DNA of 64,000 nt, taken from NCBI RefSeq assembly GCF_009914755.1, contig NC_060930.1, one strand, 5' to 3'. The stretch is from the human T2T-CHM13v2.0 reference genome, Homo sapiens. Positions 32,808-51,720 of this stretch are shown here, in pieces (the stretch's first letter is position 1; each line of letters starts with the position of its first letter). Made by a program: the position numbers and the translations under genes. Below the pieces are notes generated by a model. The model was not told the origin of the DNA. It saw only the letters and a program-made list of their open reading frames with translations, and did not search any database.

Positions 32808-33397
32808 TGACATTTCTTATAGAGCAAGTCTGTTGCTGATAAATATTTTCAGCTTTTGTATATGTGAAAGAGTCTTTATTTCACCTTAGTTCTTGAAACA
32901 TATTTTGCTTGGTATAAAATTCTAGTTTGACAGTTTAATAATTTTTTTGTCAGTACATTAAAGATGTTGTGTGTCACTGTCTTCTCACTTGCATTTTTTC
33001 TTATACGAGATCTGCTATAGTTCTTATCTTTGTTTCCCTAAATATATTGTGATGTTTTTCTCTGCTTTACAATGTTCTATCACTTGTTTAGGAAAATTTA
33101 ATTATGATGTGCCTTAGTGTCGTTTTCTTCACATTTCTTGTGCTTTGGGTTCATTGGGCTTCTTGAATATGTAGATTTATGCTTTTCATTAAATTTGGAA
33201 AATTATTGGCCATTATTTCTTCCCATTTTTTTCTGTTACCCTCTCTCTTCTTTTTCAGTGACTTCTATTACATGTATATTAGGCATCTTGAAGTTTTCCA
33301 CAGCACAGTGATACATGGTTTTTTAAATGTTTATTCTTTCTCTGTTTAATTTTAGATAATTTCTATTGCTATGTCTTCATATACACATATACACTAA

Positions 33398-34340
<943 letters not shown>

Positions 34341-35564
34341 TATATTGTATATATAGTGGTAAAAGAATCTACATAAAATTTGCCATTTTATCCATTTTTA
34401 TGTGTGCAGTACAATGGTGTTAAGTATAATCACATTATTGTGAAACATCTAATTTGCTTCTAATTTCATCCAATGAATTTTTCATCTCATTTCTAAAATT
34501 TTCATCACTAGAATTTGATTTAGGTCTCCTCTATATCTTTCATGTCTTTACTTAACTTTTGATCATTTGAAAAACAGTTACAATAAGTGTTTTAATGTCC
34601 TTGTCTGCTAATTCTAACATCTAGGTGGTTTTCAATTGACTGACTTTTCTCTTCATTAAGGGTGGTGTTTTGCTTCCTTCATGACTGGTGATCTTTTATT
34701 TTCTTTCTTTAAATTGTGTTTTATTAGATTTGAGATCCTGATGTATGGTAATCCTTGATTGAATGCTGGGCATTATAGATTTTTTCCTTGTTTGGTGCTG
34801 GATAGTTTCATATTCCTAAAAAGACTCTTGGTCTCTTCTTGGATGGTAGATTGGAGACATTGTCAGCATGCTTCTCCTCCTTGGAAAGACACAATAGTGT
34901 GTAGTGTTTCACACTGTGAATTTTTCTCCAAGAAGCAACACAGGAACTAAACAGGAAAACTGAAAGAAACCACAGGCCCTTTGAAAGAAGTGGTGGGCTG
35001 CAGCCTACACCATGAGTCAGGTGAAAAACTAAGTCTGCAGAATCTGAAGGGGGATAAACTGCCTCCAGGAAATACACTCCCACTGGGGAACCAGTTAATC
35101 CAGTCCATGGGGGAAGGCCTTAACCCTACTGAGTGCTGGCATTGATTTAGGGATTGATGTGGCATATAAAAGCAGGGGCAGCAGTGGGAAGAGCCTTGTG
35201 TGCATTCCCAGTCTTCAGCACAGACTAAGGGAAGTGATTTTTGGTCCTACCTCACAAGGGACTTCCCAGAAGTCTGCCAACTAACTCAAGTGGTGGTTGC
35301 ACGTTGAGAGAAGCTCCTAGCTGAAATTCATGATATAATTTCAAGTGGGGACAGACTCCCTTGGCCAGAACTGGGGGCAAGTGGGAAGTGTGCTATAGCC
35401 ACAAGTACAGGAGCTGGGACTGGGAGGAGCATGTCCTGAAAGCAGCTGTTGCTGTCTCCACAGGGAAGGCTTATGGGCTGGGGCAGTTTTGAGTTTTAAG
35501 TGCAGATTGCCTGGAACTTAGCTAGCTGATGCTAGTGTAACACTGCAAGTATGAGAGACCTGCC

Positions 35565-35879
35565 TTTCTTTTTTCTTTTCTTTTTTCTTTTTTTTTTTTT
35601 GAGACGGGGTCTCACTCTTTCTCCCAGGATGGAGTGCAGTGGAGTGATCTTGGCTTACTATAACCTCCGCCTCCTGGGATCAAGCAATTCTCCTGCTTTA
35701 GCCTCCCAGGTACCTGGGATTACAGGCATGTGCCATCATGCCCGGCTAAGTTTTGTATTTTTTGTAGAGATGGGGTTTCACCATGTTGGCCAGGATGGTC
35801 TCAATCTCCTGACCTCGTGATCTGCCTGCCTCGGCCTCCCAAAGTGTTGAGATTACAGGCATGAGCACCGCGCCTGGCC
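35565..35879 (-). mobile_element. AluS in the L1PB 5'UTR
   Basis: TSD gMgacctgcc. Confidence 0.93.
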
Positions 35880-37690
35880 TGCGACCTGCCACCTGCCTTT
35901 CTAAGCGTGTGGGAGCTGGGTAGGCTTACTGTTGCCTGCTATTCCCCACTCCCTGTGAAACTCTTCTGTGCAACACAGGCAGCTGCACTGCTTCCTGGAA
36001 TATTACCGGAGCAGCCGGAGAACTGGCCCCCAGCTCCTACTGGGGTTATTTGCCCTGCATGTGGAGAGCCAGAGCATGGACCTGCCTGACCCAGCCCCCA
36101 CCTGGCTTTGCTCCACCACTTGCCCTGGTAGCTTAACACAAGGGACAGAAACTTTTGGGAGCTCTATGGACCCACCCATTGCCTGAGATTCTAGAATACC
36201 TCCCCTGAGTTACATAAGGCAAGCACAAATCCCACCACTACTACCACAGCTGACACTCTTTTGCAAGCACCACCTCCTGGCTGGAGGCCAACTGACACAG
36301 TCCATTACAGCATTCTCAGGTAGAATAACACAGAGCCCAGGAAGGAGAAAACTTGTGTGTGACCTCAGCTATCACCATTGCATGCAGCACCCTGGCTAAC
36401 CAGGAGGTTCTGAGTCCGTCCACGTGACCAGTCTATAGCTCTACCCCAACAGTCAGGCAGCCCTAGCACTTGTGAAGGGTCTTGGAGAAGCGAACTTCTT
36501 TTCCCCCTAGTCCATCACTGCAGGCACATCTGGGACTTCTCCTATGGGAGCTTAGCATGGGTGCACCTATAGACAGCCTTTCTAGAAAACTTCAGGGTGA
36601 CTGCATCACTCCAGGAAGGGCACCCTCCAGGTTCAGGCTTGCATAAGTGGTAGAGTTACAATCCCTCTCTACTTAGAACATCAACATTCCTGCAGATGAA
36701 AAGAGGTGCCTGCCTGATTTGAATAACTGAAACACTGGGTCAGGAGTGTGATTGGGAGGTGAAGGGCTTTCCTGCTTGCCTTGCAGTGGAGCTGAGGCAG
36801 CTCCCACTCTTCCCCCTGAAAAGACCTCAGTGCATTTCGCTGAGAGCTACCCCAGCCACCTCTGCCAAGGCTGAGACCTCTGCCCACCATTGGGTATTGC
36901 ACTTACCTACCTGCTTTAGTCATGACCAGTTTCTACCCAGAGACACCTCCTCTACTGGCCTGAAGCCTGAACTATTCAACCCAATAAATAAAATACTGGA
37001 GGAAAAAATAAATGAATAAAAAAGTGCACACCATGGGGGAATGAGAAACCTCAAGAGACCTCTGCCATTCCAACCTCATAGGGGACACTGAACTTGCTCA
37101 CACAACAAGCACATTGCTACCATAGCCAGCATCTGAGAAAGCCATCATACAGAGAGACTCTCTGTAACCAAGGAACAGAATCTTCATCCCTAAAGCACCA
37201 AGAGCCACATTAGGCTACAGTAAATTATAAACATTAAAGTCACATTGCTAATGGGGGGAAAAGAAATTTTAAAAAAGAGTAATATCAAAAATAAATTCAA
37301 GAATAATTACAAGAAATAGTCTACCCAAATGAGAAGAAACCAGAAAAATAATTCTGGCAATACAACAAAACAACATTCTATAACACCACCCCCTACCAAA
37401 AAATCACACGAGCTCTCCAGCAATGGATCTATACAAAGATAAACTCTTTAAATACCAGATAAAGAATTCAAAAAGTTGACTATTAAGCTACTCAAGGAGA
37501 TACAAGAGAAAGGTGAAAACCAACATAAAGAAATTTTTAAAAATTCAGGATATGACTTAAAAAATTTCTAAATAGATATTTTAAAGAAAAACCAATTAGA
37601 ACCCTTGGAAATGAAAGACACATTTGGGGAATTATAGAATGTAGTGGAAAGCTTAAAAATAGACTAGACCAAGTAGAAGAAAGAATTTCA

Positions 37691-38066
<376 letters not shown>

Positions 38067-38815
38067 TCAAAAGAAATTATCAAAGTCTCTAAGAAATATG
38101 GCATTATGTAAAATGGCCAAACCTAAGAATAAGTGGTGTTCCTGAGGGAGAAGAGAAGGCAAAAAGTTTGAAAAACTTCTTTGAGAGAATAATTGAGAAA
38201 AACTTCCTTGGCCTTGCTAGAAATTTAGATATCTAAATACAAGAAGCTCAAAGAACTCCTGGGAGATCAATTGGAAAAAGGACATCACCAAGGCCTATAG
38301 TCATCAGGCTATCCAAAGTCAATGTGAAAGAAAGAATTCTAAGAGCAGTGAGAAAAAAGCCTCAGGTAACTTATAAAGGAAAAGCTATCAGACTAACAGC
38401 AGACTTCACAGTGGAAACATTACAAGCCAGAAGGGATCAGGGTCCTGTCTTTAGTCTCCTTGGAGAGAAAAAACTGTCACGCAAGCATTTTGTATCCAGC
38501 AAAACTAAGTTTCATAAATGAAGGAGAAATAAAGTATTTTCAGACAAGCAAATGCTGAGAGAAGTTGTCACTTAACCCAACCCACTCTACAAGAAAAGCT
38601 AAAAGGGGTTCTAACTCTTGAAACAAAAGATTGATATGCACCAGACTAGCACCTCCTAAAAGCGTAACAGTCACAGGGCCTATAAAACAATAACACAACA
38701 AAGGAAACAAAATATCTAGGTAACAATCAACTTGATGACTGGAATCATACCTCATATCTCAATATTAATGTTGAACACAAATGGCCTAAATGCACCACTT
38801 AAAAGACGGAGATTG

Positions 38816-39231
<416 letters not shown>

Positions 39232-39297
39232 TCAGAGTAGAGGGATCGAAAAAGATATTCCATACAAATGGAAACCAAAAGTGAGCAGGAGTAGCTC

Positions 39298-39619
39298 TTT
39301 TGTTGTTGTTGTTGTTGTTGTTGTTTGTTTTTTGTAGACAGAGTCTTACTCTGTTGCCCAGACTGGGGTGCAGTGGCATGATCTTGGCTCACTGCAACCC
39401 TCTGCCTCCTGAGTTCAAGCAATCCTCCTGCCTCAGCCTCCTGAGTAGCTGGGACATCAGGCGCCCACCACCACGCTTGGCTAAGTTTTTTTGTATTTTT
39501 TAGTAGAGAAGGGGTTTTGCCATGTTGGTCAGCCTGGTCTCGAACTCCTGACCTCGTGATCTGCCCACCTCAGCCTCCCAAAGTGCTGGGATTACAGACG
39601 TGAGCCACCATGCCTGGCC
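39298..39619 (-). mobile_element. AluS without TSD at the L1PB ORF2 deletion junction
   Basis: (TTG)n tail; the two flanks are non-adjacent parts of ORF2. Confidence 0.92.
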
Positions 39620-42600
39620 GGATTTCTTAAATAACTCAAAGTTGATCTACCATTCGATCCAGCAATCCCACTACTGGGTATCTACTCAAAGGAAAAGAAG
39701 TGATTATGTCAAAAAGGTACCTTGAATGGTAATACAAAAAGGTATGTTTATTGCAGCACAGTTCACAATTGCAAAGACATGGAACCAACCAAAGTACCCG
39801 CTGACCAGTGAGTGGATAAAGAAAACGTGGTATATATACACCATGGAATACTACCCAGCCATAAAATAGAACAAGATAATGTCTTTGCATCAACTTGGAT
39901 AGAGCTGGAGGCCATTGTTCTAAGTGAAGTAACTCAGGAATGGAAAACAAAATACCGTATGTTCTGACTTACAAGTGGGAGCTAAGTTGTGGATACACAA
40001 AGGCAAACAGATTGGTATAACAGGACTCTGGAGAGTCAGAAGGGGGAAGACGGGTGGGATAAGGGATAAAAAAATTACATATTGGGTACAATGTATAATA
40101 CTTGGGTGATAGGTACACAAAAATCTCAGACTCCACCACTATGTAATTTATCCCTATAACCAAAAACCATTTGTACCCCAAAAGCTATTGAAATAAAAAT
40201 ATTAAATAATAATAATAAAAGATTCTTGTGCATTTTTCTGGGATGTAGTTAAACTACTTGAAAACAGTTTGATCCTTTCGTGGCTTACTTTTAAGATTTG
40301 TTCATCAGTCTTAGGGTAGGGTTAATTATTCTTCACACTTAAGGCAAGACACTTTACCAAATGCTTTGTGAATTACAAGGTTTTTCAGTTTGGCAGGTGG
40401 GAGTGGGCACTATTCCCTGTCCTGTGTGAGTACCCACTATTATTAGCTCTAATTATTTTGGATGATTCCTTCCTTGCAACAATCTTCACTACTCTGTCCT
40501 GTAAACCCTAGCTACTTTGTTTTCTCCAGATTTTCAGCTCCATCTCCTCAACTCAGGGATACTTTGAAGCTCCTCTTCGGTTCTGTTTTTCTGTTCTGTG
40601 GCCTGAAGCCAAGCCAATCATCACTCATCTTATTTGTTTCCCATCTCCCAGCAATCAATGTTTATTGCTGCCTGACACCTAGTAACCTGAAATATGTTGT
40701 TTCATATATTTCGTCCTTTTGTGTTAGTTGTTTCGGGCAAGAGGGTTAATCTGTCCTTATTACTCCATCTTAGCCATAAGCACAAATTTTGGCAGCTACT
40801 CTTGATCATGCACATAGATTTATTGGGACTCCATCTGTTGATCATTCTCTATTGTTTTTCCTCTTATTGACAAATAATGTTTATGAGATGACAGAACAAG
40901 ATAAAGTTGAGCTTGGACGAAAACTGCTATATCACCAAGAACTTTTAGTGATAGAAGTCTAATCAGAAAGTCCAAAGAGATCAATCAGTAAAATATAATT
41001 TTCTCAGGAAAAAAAAATCAGATTCAGTGCTTGGAAGCTTCAATGAAATCATATCTCAGACCCAGAATATGATTCATCTCTCCACCATAAGCCAGGAATC
41101 TGAAACAGAAGAGGTTTTCAGGGCCCTCAGATTTGCATGCCAAAGTCGTTTGGCTCAGGGGTCCTCGTCGGTGGCAGCTGAGCCTTGGTGGGTTCTGTAA
41201 ACTGTGGAAAAGCCTGCTTCTTATTAAAAAAAACAACAAACAACAACAACAAAAAACTATTGTGATATAAGCAAATGAACTTCATAAACTTACAGACGCA
41301 AGAGAATACATTTCAATTCTGAAATAGCAGGGGAAATGACTGCATAATTTTTATTGTTCAGTGATTGATCTTGGAATATGAAAAGCGGGAAAAGTCTTTG
41401 AATTGATTGGTTTCTTAAAGTGGGGGTCGACTCCAGTTCTGAAAGAAGAAGGAAGTGTTTATGTGAGTCCTAAGACATTCTCAGTTGGAACTGGAAGTAG
41501 TTCTTCCAGTTCTGAGTTTGGCATGATTGATGGAGGTGGTTGGTCTGGTTCTAACCTGTTAACACAAAGTAAGCCCTGTGTAATGTTAGCCATTACTACA
41601 GATGAGGATAGGTAGAACTAGCAGGGCTGACTGTAGTCTGTGTGCTCATAGCAAGGCATATGTGGGTAGCATGCCTCAAATGCTCATCACTGTACTCTTC
41701 TGAGTTTAATTGACTGTGTGTTGCAAGCATGGTAGTCTTTTCCCCCCTGTGGCTTCTTTTTATGTTGTTTATTTTGTGTTTGGCAAACATATTTGATGAC
41801 AGGGTTTAAGAAAAGTGAAGCAGAGAAACCTCATGCTGGATATTAACATGCAATTTTTACATTACCTAGAGGAGGCTTCAAAGAAAGAGTTGTGGAAATA
41901 TGCAGTTAGGGATTGGTGGCAGTCTACTGAGAAGTATACTCTACTTACAGCTACAACCCGGGAGGGAAAACTGACCAGAAATTGAATAAATGGGGCTTAG
42001 AAAAGCATGTTTCCAGAGGTGTGTGATGGGGAGATTTGAGATCAGGCAAGTGAGTATCAACTTAAAATGCTGTGGAATGCATCTCCATAGGGACCATGTC
42101 ATAATAATGTCAGCCATAGCTGATGCAATTAATATTGCCATTTCTAGATGCACATTTCTTCTATGAAACAGGACATACACAAAAAGGTATCTCTTGTCAA
42201 TGCAGTCTGCTGCAGGTCCAGGCAATTCTCCAGGGTGACCGCTATCTATATGGGGACTCCATGATCTAGACATGATCCTGTAACCTGTACCCTCTACGAG
42301 ACATGGACCCCTCTGCTAAAGGTCAGGAGAGGAAAGAGACTGCCTTAGGCTTGGAATTGCTATATATTGACTCCTGTTCACATTTTAGTGGACAGAAACA
42401 GACTCATTACTTGCCCAAGTACAAAGGAGCTGAGAAGTAGAGCCCTCCGTAAGCAAGCCAAGGAAGGAGAGCTGGCTGTTGGAGAGCACTAGGTACTCGC
42501 CTTCTTGCTTCCAGAGCTGGGGCATATATTGCCTCATGCCTTATTTACCACTCAGCTTGGCTTGGTGAACTCTCACTAATCTTTCTGGCTTCTAGTTACG

Positions 42601-42733
42601 TGATTATTTGCTTCATATTTACCTCTCCTATTAGACTTTAAACTCTGAACTACTTATTTTGTCTTGCTTCTCAACCCATAACACATACAGTATCAAGTGT
42701 TTAGTTAGACAGGCATTTGTAAATGAACCATTA

Positions 42734-43150
<417 letters not shown>

Positions 43151-43318
43151 TCACAGGTGCTAGACAAGAAGTTGCAAGACATTTACATGCCTGTATGGTA
43201 TAGGTGCTACAGATCATCAATACTTACTCTAGTTTCTGATATTGGGTTATTGGCTTGTTCATGGCACAAAATTCCACCAGATAATATTAATTGTTAGGAA
43301 CATAGATTATTAAAAATA

Positions 43319-43636
<318 letters not shown>

Positions 43637-44157
43637 TTAAAAATTTTCTTCAATTTTTTTCTGACTCCAAACATAATATGTATGGATTATAGAAAAATTA
43701 TAAAGTAAATCAAATATAAATAAGTCTTAATTTCATTGTTCAAAAACCATTGTATTATCATCATGGCATACTTATTTTCAGACTTTTATCAACATGCGTA
43801 TCATCATATAGTTGATCTCCACCAGTAAAATAGATTTTTATCTAGGATTTTTTTAACATTTTGTCATGCCATTTTCATTTTTAACTAAAGTTTTTTTAAA
43901 CATTATTTTAAACAGCAACACAACTTATCTTTCTATGTTTAAATAATAATTTACTAAACCATCTTTTTAATAGTAGACATTTTGATTGTTTCCAAAAGCT
44001 TTTGACTACATATAAACCTGCAATAAATATTGTAATGCACAAACATTTTCAAACATTTTTCTATATTTTGGACTATTCTCTTAGGATAGATTCACAGAAG
44101 GAAAACATAAATTAAAGGCTATGAGCATTTACACAGCACCTTTAAGTGAGTTGAGAG

Positions 44158-44866
<709 letters not shown>

Positions 44867-44879
44867 TAAAATACTTGGT

Positions 44880-45192
44880 CTTTTTTTGTTTGTTTTTTGT
44901 TTTTTTTTTAAGACAGAGTCTTACTCTGTGGCCCAGGCTGGAGTACAGTGGTCTGATTTCAGCTCACTGCAGCCTTTAGCTCCCCGGACTCAGGTGATCC
45001 TTCTACCTTAGCCTCCTGAGTAGCTGGGACTACAGGTGCCTGCCACCACGCCTGGCTAATTTTTGTATTTTTTTGTAGAGACAGGGTTTTGCCATGTTGT
45101 CCACGCTGGTCTCGAACCCCTGGGCTCAAGCAATCCCCTCACCTCAGCCTCCCGAAGTGCTGGGACTACAGGCATGAGCCACCACACTGGCC
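44880..45192 (-). mobile_element. AluJ-like
   Basis: gggctcaagcaatcc and gcagcctt are J-type positions. Confidence 0.9.
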
Positions 45193-46653
45193 TAAAATAC
45201 ATAGTTGTTTTATGTAGGAGTCAAAACAATATTATTAAGTATTAATAACCCCTATACAATCAGCAGTACTTCATCCAATGAGACAATAATAACATGCCCA
45301 GCAATTCCACGCTGCCTTATGTAGCAGGTTCTTAACATTCAAGAAAGAAACACCTAAACCCATCGAGAATCCTCCAAGTTACAAAATTACTTCAACATAT
45401 AGTTTTCCCCCACACATTTCCATATTTGCATTGGCTAAAGCACTGCAGAAATAATTTCTTCAATCATCCTTTCTTCCTTTCATATTGAATAAATATGTCA
45501 GAATCATTCACATAAGAGTCACTGACCAATTCAATATTCTTTTATTCTTTCACTTATTCAAAACCAAATTTTTCTGGCTAATAATGGTTACTTTATTTGC
45601 TCTTTACTTTTTCAACGCTAGCTTGCTTTTGGGGTCCATGCTAAATAAACATGGTTTTTATTATTCCATGTTTTCGCTGATGAGAAGGGAACAAGATACA
45701 ATTATTGGATAGTCCCATAGCTCCAGCATCAGCTGAATGACTATCTCAGGTACCATCTTTAAACATCCACTAATCCAAAGTGACAATCTACTCTACATGT
45801 CAAGGGCTTCTTCCAGGAATTATGTGTGAATGCACAACCATGAACGATAAATCTACACATTTCAAGGATCTATTGTGATTTTTTTCAAAGCACATTAAGA
45901 GGCGGTTATAATTATCCCCTTTGTGCAGAGAAGGAAGATAAGGCCAGTAAGTAGGTAATCGTCTTGGCCGAGGTCATATTGTCCACAAGTGGGACTGCTG
46001 TGATGAGGCTCAGACTCAGGAATAGAATGCATTAGAAACAGAATCTTCATTATATACATGAGCAGATGGAATGAAGCTGAGTAAGACATTATTTCTGAGA
46101 ATCAATGAGATGTAAATATAGGTGGAAATAAGAGTAGACAAGAGAATAGGAAATCAAATCATCCTACAGAACAATCCTTACAGAATAATAACTGCACAAG
46201 AGATGACCTCAATTCACTCATGAAGGGAAGAGGAAACGAACTGATATTTTTGCCATATGCTGGCTGAAGACATGTGGAGGAAATTGCAAGCCAATTTGAG
46301 TTGAAGGCGCATCGCAGGAGCTGACAGCACAATTTCTTTTCCATCAATTTTCACCACCGCCCCCACCTCCACCTCACAAGGGACCTGGCAATATAGACAT
46401 CCAAAAAAAAGTATGTCTCAGTTAAGAATAGAATGTTATGTTGTGCAGCAGCATAGAAATAAAAGTTTCCAATACAATCTAGTTTTTAACTCTTGAGAAA
46501 TTGCATAATTGAAAATAGTACCCTACATAAAAGTTAAAGATATTTATCTTTTAGAATGTAATGCACATATTTGTTCAAATATGGGTATCATTAACTGGAC
46601 AAACTTCTCTCTGCTTTTTAATTCAAGGTTTATATTCAAATGCATCATTTCTT

Positions 46654-47111
46654 TTTTTAATTTAACTTTTATTTTAAGTTCAGGGTTACATGTGCAGGTT
46701 TGTTAAATAGGTAAAGTTGTACTATGGGAGTTTGTTGTACAGATTATTTCATCACCCGGGTATTAAGTCTACTACCCATTGGTTGTTTTTCCTGATCTCC
46801 TTCCTCTTCCCACCCCCACCTTCTGATAGGCCCCAGTGTGTATTGCTTCCCTCTGTGTGTCCATGTGTTCTCATCATTTAGCTCCCACTTATAAGTGAGA
46901 ACATGAGGTATTTGGTTTTCTGCTCCCGTGTTAGTTTGCTAAGGGTAACGGCCTCCAGCTCCATCCATGTTTCTGCAAAGAACAGGATCTCATTCTTTTT
47001 TATGACTGCATAGTATTCCATGGTATATATGTACCACATTTTCTTGATCAAGTCTACCATTGATGGACCTTTAAGTTGATTCCATGTCTTTGCTATTGTG
47101 AATAGTGTTTG
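46654..47111 (-). mobile_element. 5'-truncated older L1PA 3' end
   Basis: Translation TIAKTWNQLKGPSMVDLIKKMWYIYTMEYY; TSD aaatgcatcaYttctt at 46638-46653 and 47112-47127. Confidence 0.92.
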
Positions 47112-47774
47112 AAATGCATCACTTCTTAGTAATGTATAAGATAACACACATTCAGTTTTGTTAAGCTTAATTAATGTTTATTGAGTCCAAAACTTGTGCT
47201 ACTAGAACGAAAGACGTAAATTCCCCTATTACTGATATAAGTCATAACCCTCAGTTGAGGATGAGCCATAAGAAACAGAAACCCAAGAATATAGTACATG
47301 TAGAAACCAAGAGTTGATAGGGTTGCAGTAGGAGTAAGGTTGCAGTGGGAGTAAGAAGACCTCAATAGAGCCCAGCTCTAACATGTAGGATCTCTGAACC
47401 TCAGTTTCTCTATCTATGAAAGGAGGATACAATGATATCTATTCCTTTTACCTTTTGGGATGATGTGAGGAGCAAGTAAGGCACAGTTCAGAGACAATAA
47501 AATACTATATTGATGTAAGATATTATTACCAATGTTACAATCATTACTGGCTGTAGAATAGCTCTCTTTCTTCACAGGTTATTTTTGGGGTGACAACAGC
47601 TTTGGTCCACCTTGGCCATTCAGAGAATGAATGAGAGGTGAGATTCTGGAACGTGGGAAAAGGGCAGGCTCTTTTTCTTGGGACCTGTCCCAAACCAAAG
47701 CAGGGCTTCCAGTAGGATCTTGTGTTTGCTTGGGTTAGTTATTTTATATTTGGTTGTGAAAAGTAAGCAATGGG

Positions 47775-48985
<1,211 letters not shown>

Positions 48986-49354
48986 ACTGGGTTAATGAAT
49001 AAAAGAAAAATGGCAGTGGCAAATGCACCTTGGCCTCAAATAAATGTTATCGTCTATCTGAGCTCACATAGATCTCTTCTTATTAAGTAATTAACACATT
49101 CATTCATTCAGTATTTATGTGTGACCTACTCTGCACTAATTTTGGCTTCCTTTTAGCCTTCCTCATCTGAGCACACTGCTGAGCTGTATGAAGACGCCTG
49201 CTTAAGCTGTATGTCTCCAATGAGACTGTGAGCTCCTTAAGGGCAGGGCACACACCTCATACCTCTATTCTGTCCTCTGGAATGCTTAGCAGAGTGCTAA
49301 GAAAATTTAAGGGGCCATTCTTAGGGGACCCCGTAATACTTTCACAGTTTGATG

Positions 49355-49643
49355 ATTTTTTTTTTTTTTTTGAGATGGAGTCTCGCTCTGTCACCCAGGC
49401 TGGAGTGCAGTGGCATGATCTGGGCTCACTGCAACCTCCACCTCAAGTGATTCTCCTGCCTCAGCCTCCCAAATGTTTGGGACTACAGGCACGTGCCACC
49501 ATGCCCAGCTAGTTTTTGTATTTTTGGTAGAGACGGGGTTTCACCATGTTGGCCAGGATGGTCTTGATCTCTTGACCTTGTGATCTACCTGCCTCGGCCT
49601 CCTAAAGTGCTGGGATTACAGGCATGAGCCACCGTGCCCGGCC
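49355..49643 (-). mobile_element. AluSc-like
   Basis: TSD cagtttgaYgatttt. Confidence 0.93.
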
Positions 49644-49669
49644 CAGTTTGACGATTTTTAAAGTGTTGT

Positions 49670-50080
49670 GCTACCTGTTGAGTTCTTTAGGAGGGGCTGC
49701 CCCTGAGATGAAGATTAGAATGCTGGGAGTGGATTGGGAGTGGTCTTGGAAGCAACGCCTGTGGAAGGAAGCGGAAGGACAGATTGGGCAGAAGATGAAC
49801 TTCAATGCAGCCTCAAGAAAGTCCTCAGTTCATCCATGGGAAGCTCCTAGGGTGGTCTCCCAGAATTGTCCCAACTTGACGAGAGAGCCAGGCCTTTATT
49901 CCAGACACTGGATGCAGGCTGCCTCCAGAAGGAGTGTGACCTTGAGCAAGGTGGTGAGGAAATTCCAGAAGAAGGTGTCAGTTGAGGGCCATTTGCTGAC
50001 AGTATTCCCAGTAATGGAGGGAAGAAGTTCTTCAGTCCTGAAGGGGGATTTGAGCAGCACTTCACAATGTCCATTACTTA
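49670..50080 (-). mobile_element. LTR16-like ERVL LTR
   Basis: cagtcctgaagggggatttgagcagcac...tccattac resembles a recalled LTR16 terminus. Confidence 0.55.
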
Positions 50081-50497
50081 CTGTAATATTGGTGCAAGAC
50101 AATGCTAGAAGCCTTATCCAAGGAGAAAAAAAGTGAATTTTAATACAGACATGTTATATCTCTCATATTGTTTCCTGAAAAGATCATTTTTAAGTGACTT
50201 TGAAAGTATACATAAAATAGAAGTCCCTCCCAAACATATACTTCAGGAAAATATTTAAAAGCAAGCAAGCAAACAAACAAAATACAGTGGAGATGAAAGT
50301 TGTGTTAGTATTAGTATGATTAGTCAAGATAATTTTGTTTCATGTGTTTGATCACAATTCAAATTAGTTCTGGAAGGGAAAATTTTATTGTCTCTCGTAA
50401 CCAAACTTCAGGAAGGGTTAAGTTGCACCTAGACCTCAGGGACTCAGATAGTAACAGATTACCTTTTTGTTTCTGCTTCTTTCTTCATATTTTCTGT

Positions 50498-50832
50498 TGA
50501 TACGGTTTGGCTGTGTCCCCACCCAAATCTCATTTAGAATTGTAGTTCCCATAATCCCCATGTGTTGTGGGAGGGACCTGGTGGGAGGTCATTGAATCAT
50601 GGGGGCAATTACCTCCATGCTGTTCTTGTGATAGCTGAGTGAGTTCTCACGAGATCTGATGGTTCTCTCTGCCACCATGTGAAGAAGGACGTGTTTGCTT
50701 CCTCTTCTGCCATGATTGTAAGTTTCCTGAGGCCTCCACAGCCATGCTGAACTATGAGTCAATTAAATCTCTTTCCTGTATAAATTACCCAGTCTTGGGT
50801 ATATCTTCTTAGCAGTGTGAATACAGATGAAC
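50498..50832 (+). mobile_element. THE1 (MaLR) solo LTR
   Basis: tgatacggtttggctgtgtccccacccaaatctc...taaattacccagtcttgggta. Confidence 0.92.
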
Positions 50833-50978
50833 AGAGTGTGTATTCTCCCACACTCACTTCTTTCACACTGCTGGAAGTATGGCTAACAGCAGTTTACAGG
50901 CTCATAGTTTCATCACTAAAGAGGACTTAAAACTTGATCTCTCTGTTGTCAAGTTAAAAGCTCCTGGGGGAGGGGGAG

Positions 50979-51720
50979 GAATGCAAATTAAAACCACAGT
51001 GCAATACCACCTTACTCCTTCAAGAATGGCCATTATTAAAAAGTCAAAAGCAACAGATATTGCTATGGATATGGGGAAAAAGGAACTTTTATGCAGTGCT
51101 GATGGGAATGTAAATTAGTACAACCTCTATGGAAAACAGTATGGAGATTCCTTAAAGAACTAAAAGTAGATCTACCATTTGATCCAGCAACCCTACTACT
51201 GAGTATCTACCCAGAGGAAAAAAAGTCATTACATGAAAATAATCTTTGCACGTGCATGTTTATAGCAGCCCAATTCACAATTGCAAAGATGTGGAACTAG
51301 CCTAAGTGCCCTTTGACTAATGAGTGGATAAAGCAAATGTGGTATATATACACCATGGAATACTACTCAGCCATTAAAAGGAATGAAATAATGTCTTTGC
51401 AGCAACTTGGATGAAGCTGGAGGCCATTATTCTAAGTGAAGTAACTTGGGAGTGGAAAACCAAAAACCATGTGTTCTCATTGATAAGTGGGAGCTGAGCT
51501 GTGAGTACGCAAAGGCATACAGAGTGATATATTGGACTATAGGTACTCAGAACAGGAAAGGTGGAAGGGGGGTTAGGGATAAAAAACTACACATTAGGTA
51601 CAACGTACACTACATGGGTGATGGGAGCACTAAAATCTCAATTCACTGCTACATAATTCATCTGTGCAACAAAAAACTATTTGTGCCCCAAAAATTACTA
51701 AAATGAAGAAGAAAGGAAGA
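50979..51720 (+). mobile_element. L1PB 3' end
   Basis: MQIKTTVQYHLTPSRMAIIKK ORF2 C-terminal relic plus an L1PB-type 3'UTR. Confidence 0.9.

Noticed and set aside
45420-45445. Octamer ATTTGCAT overlapping a reverse CCAAT
   Set aside because: An isolated short motif is expected by chance in 64 kb of AT-rich DNA.
49624-50136. 170-aa ORF
   Set aside because: Starts in an antisense Alu and runs through an LTR16-like relic; no recognisable protein similarity.
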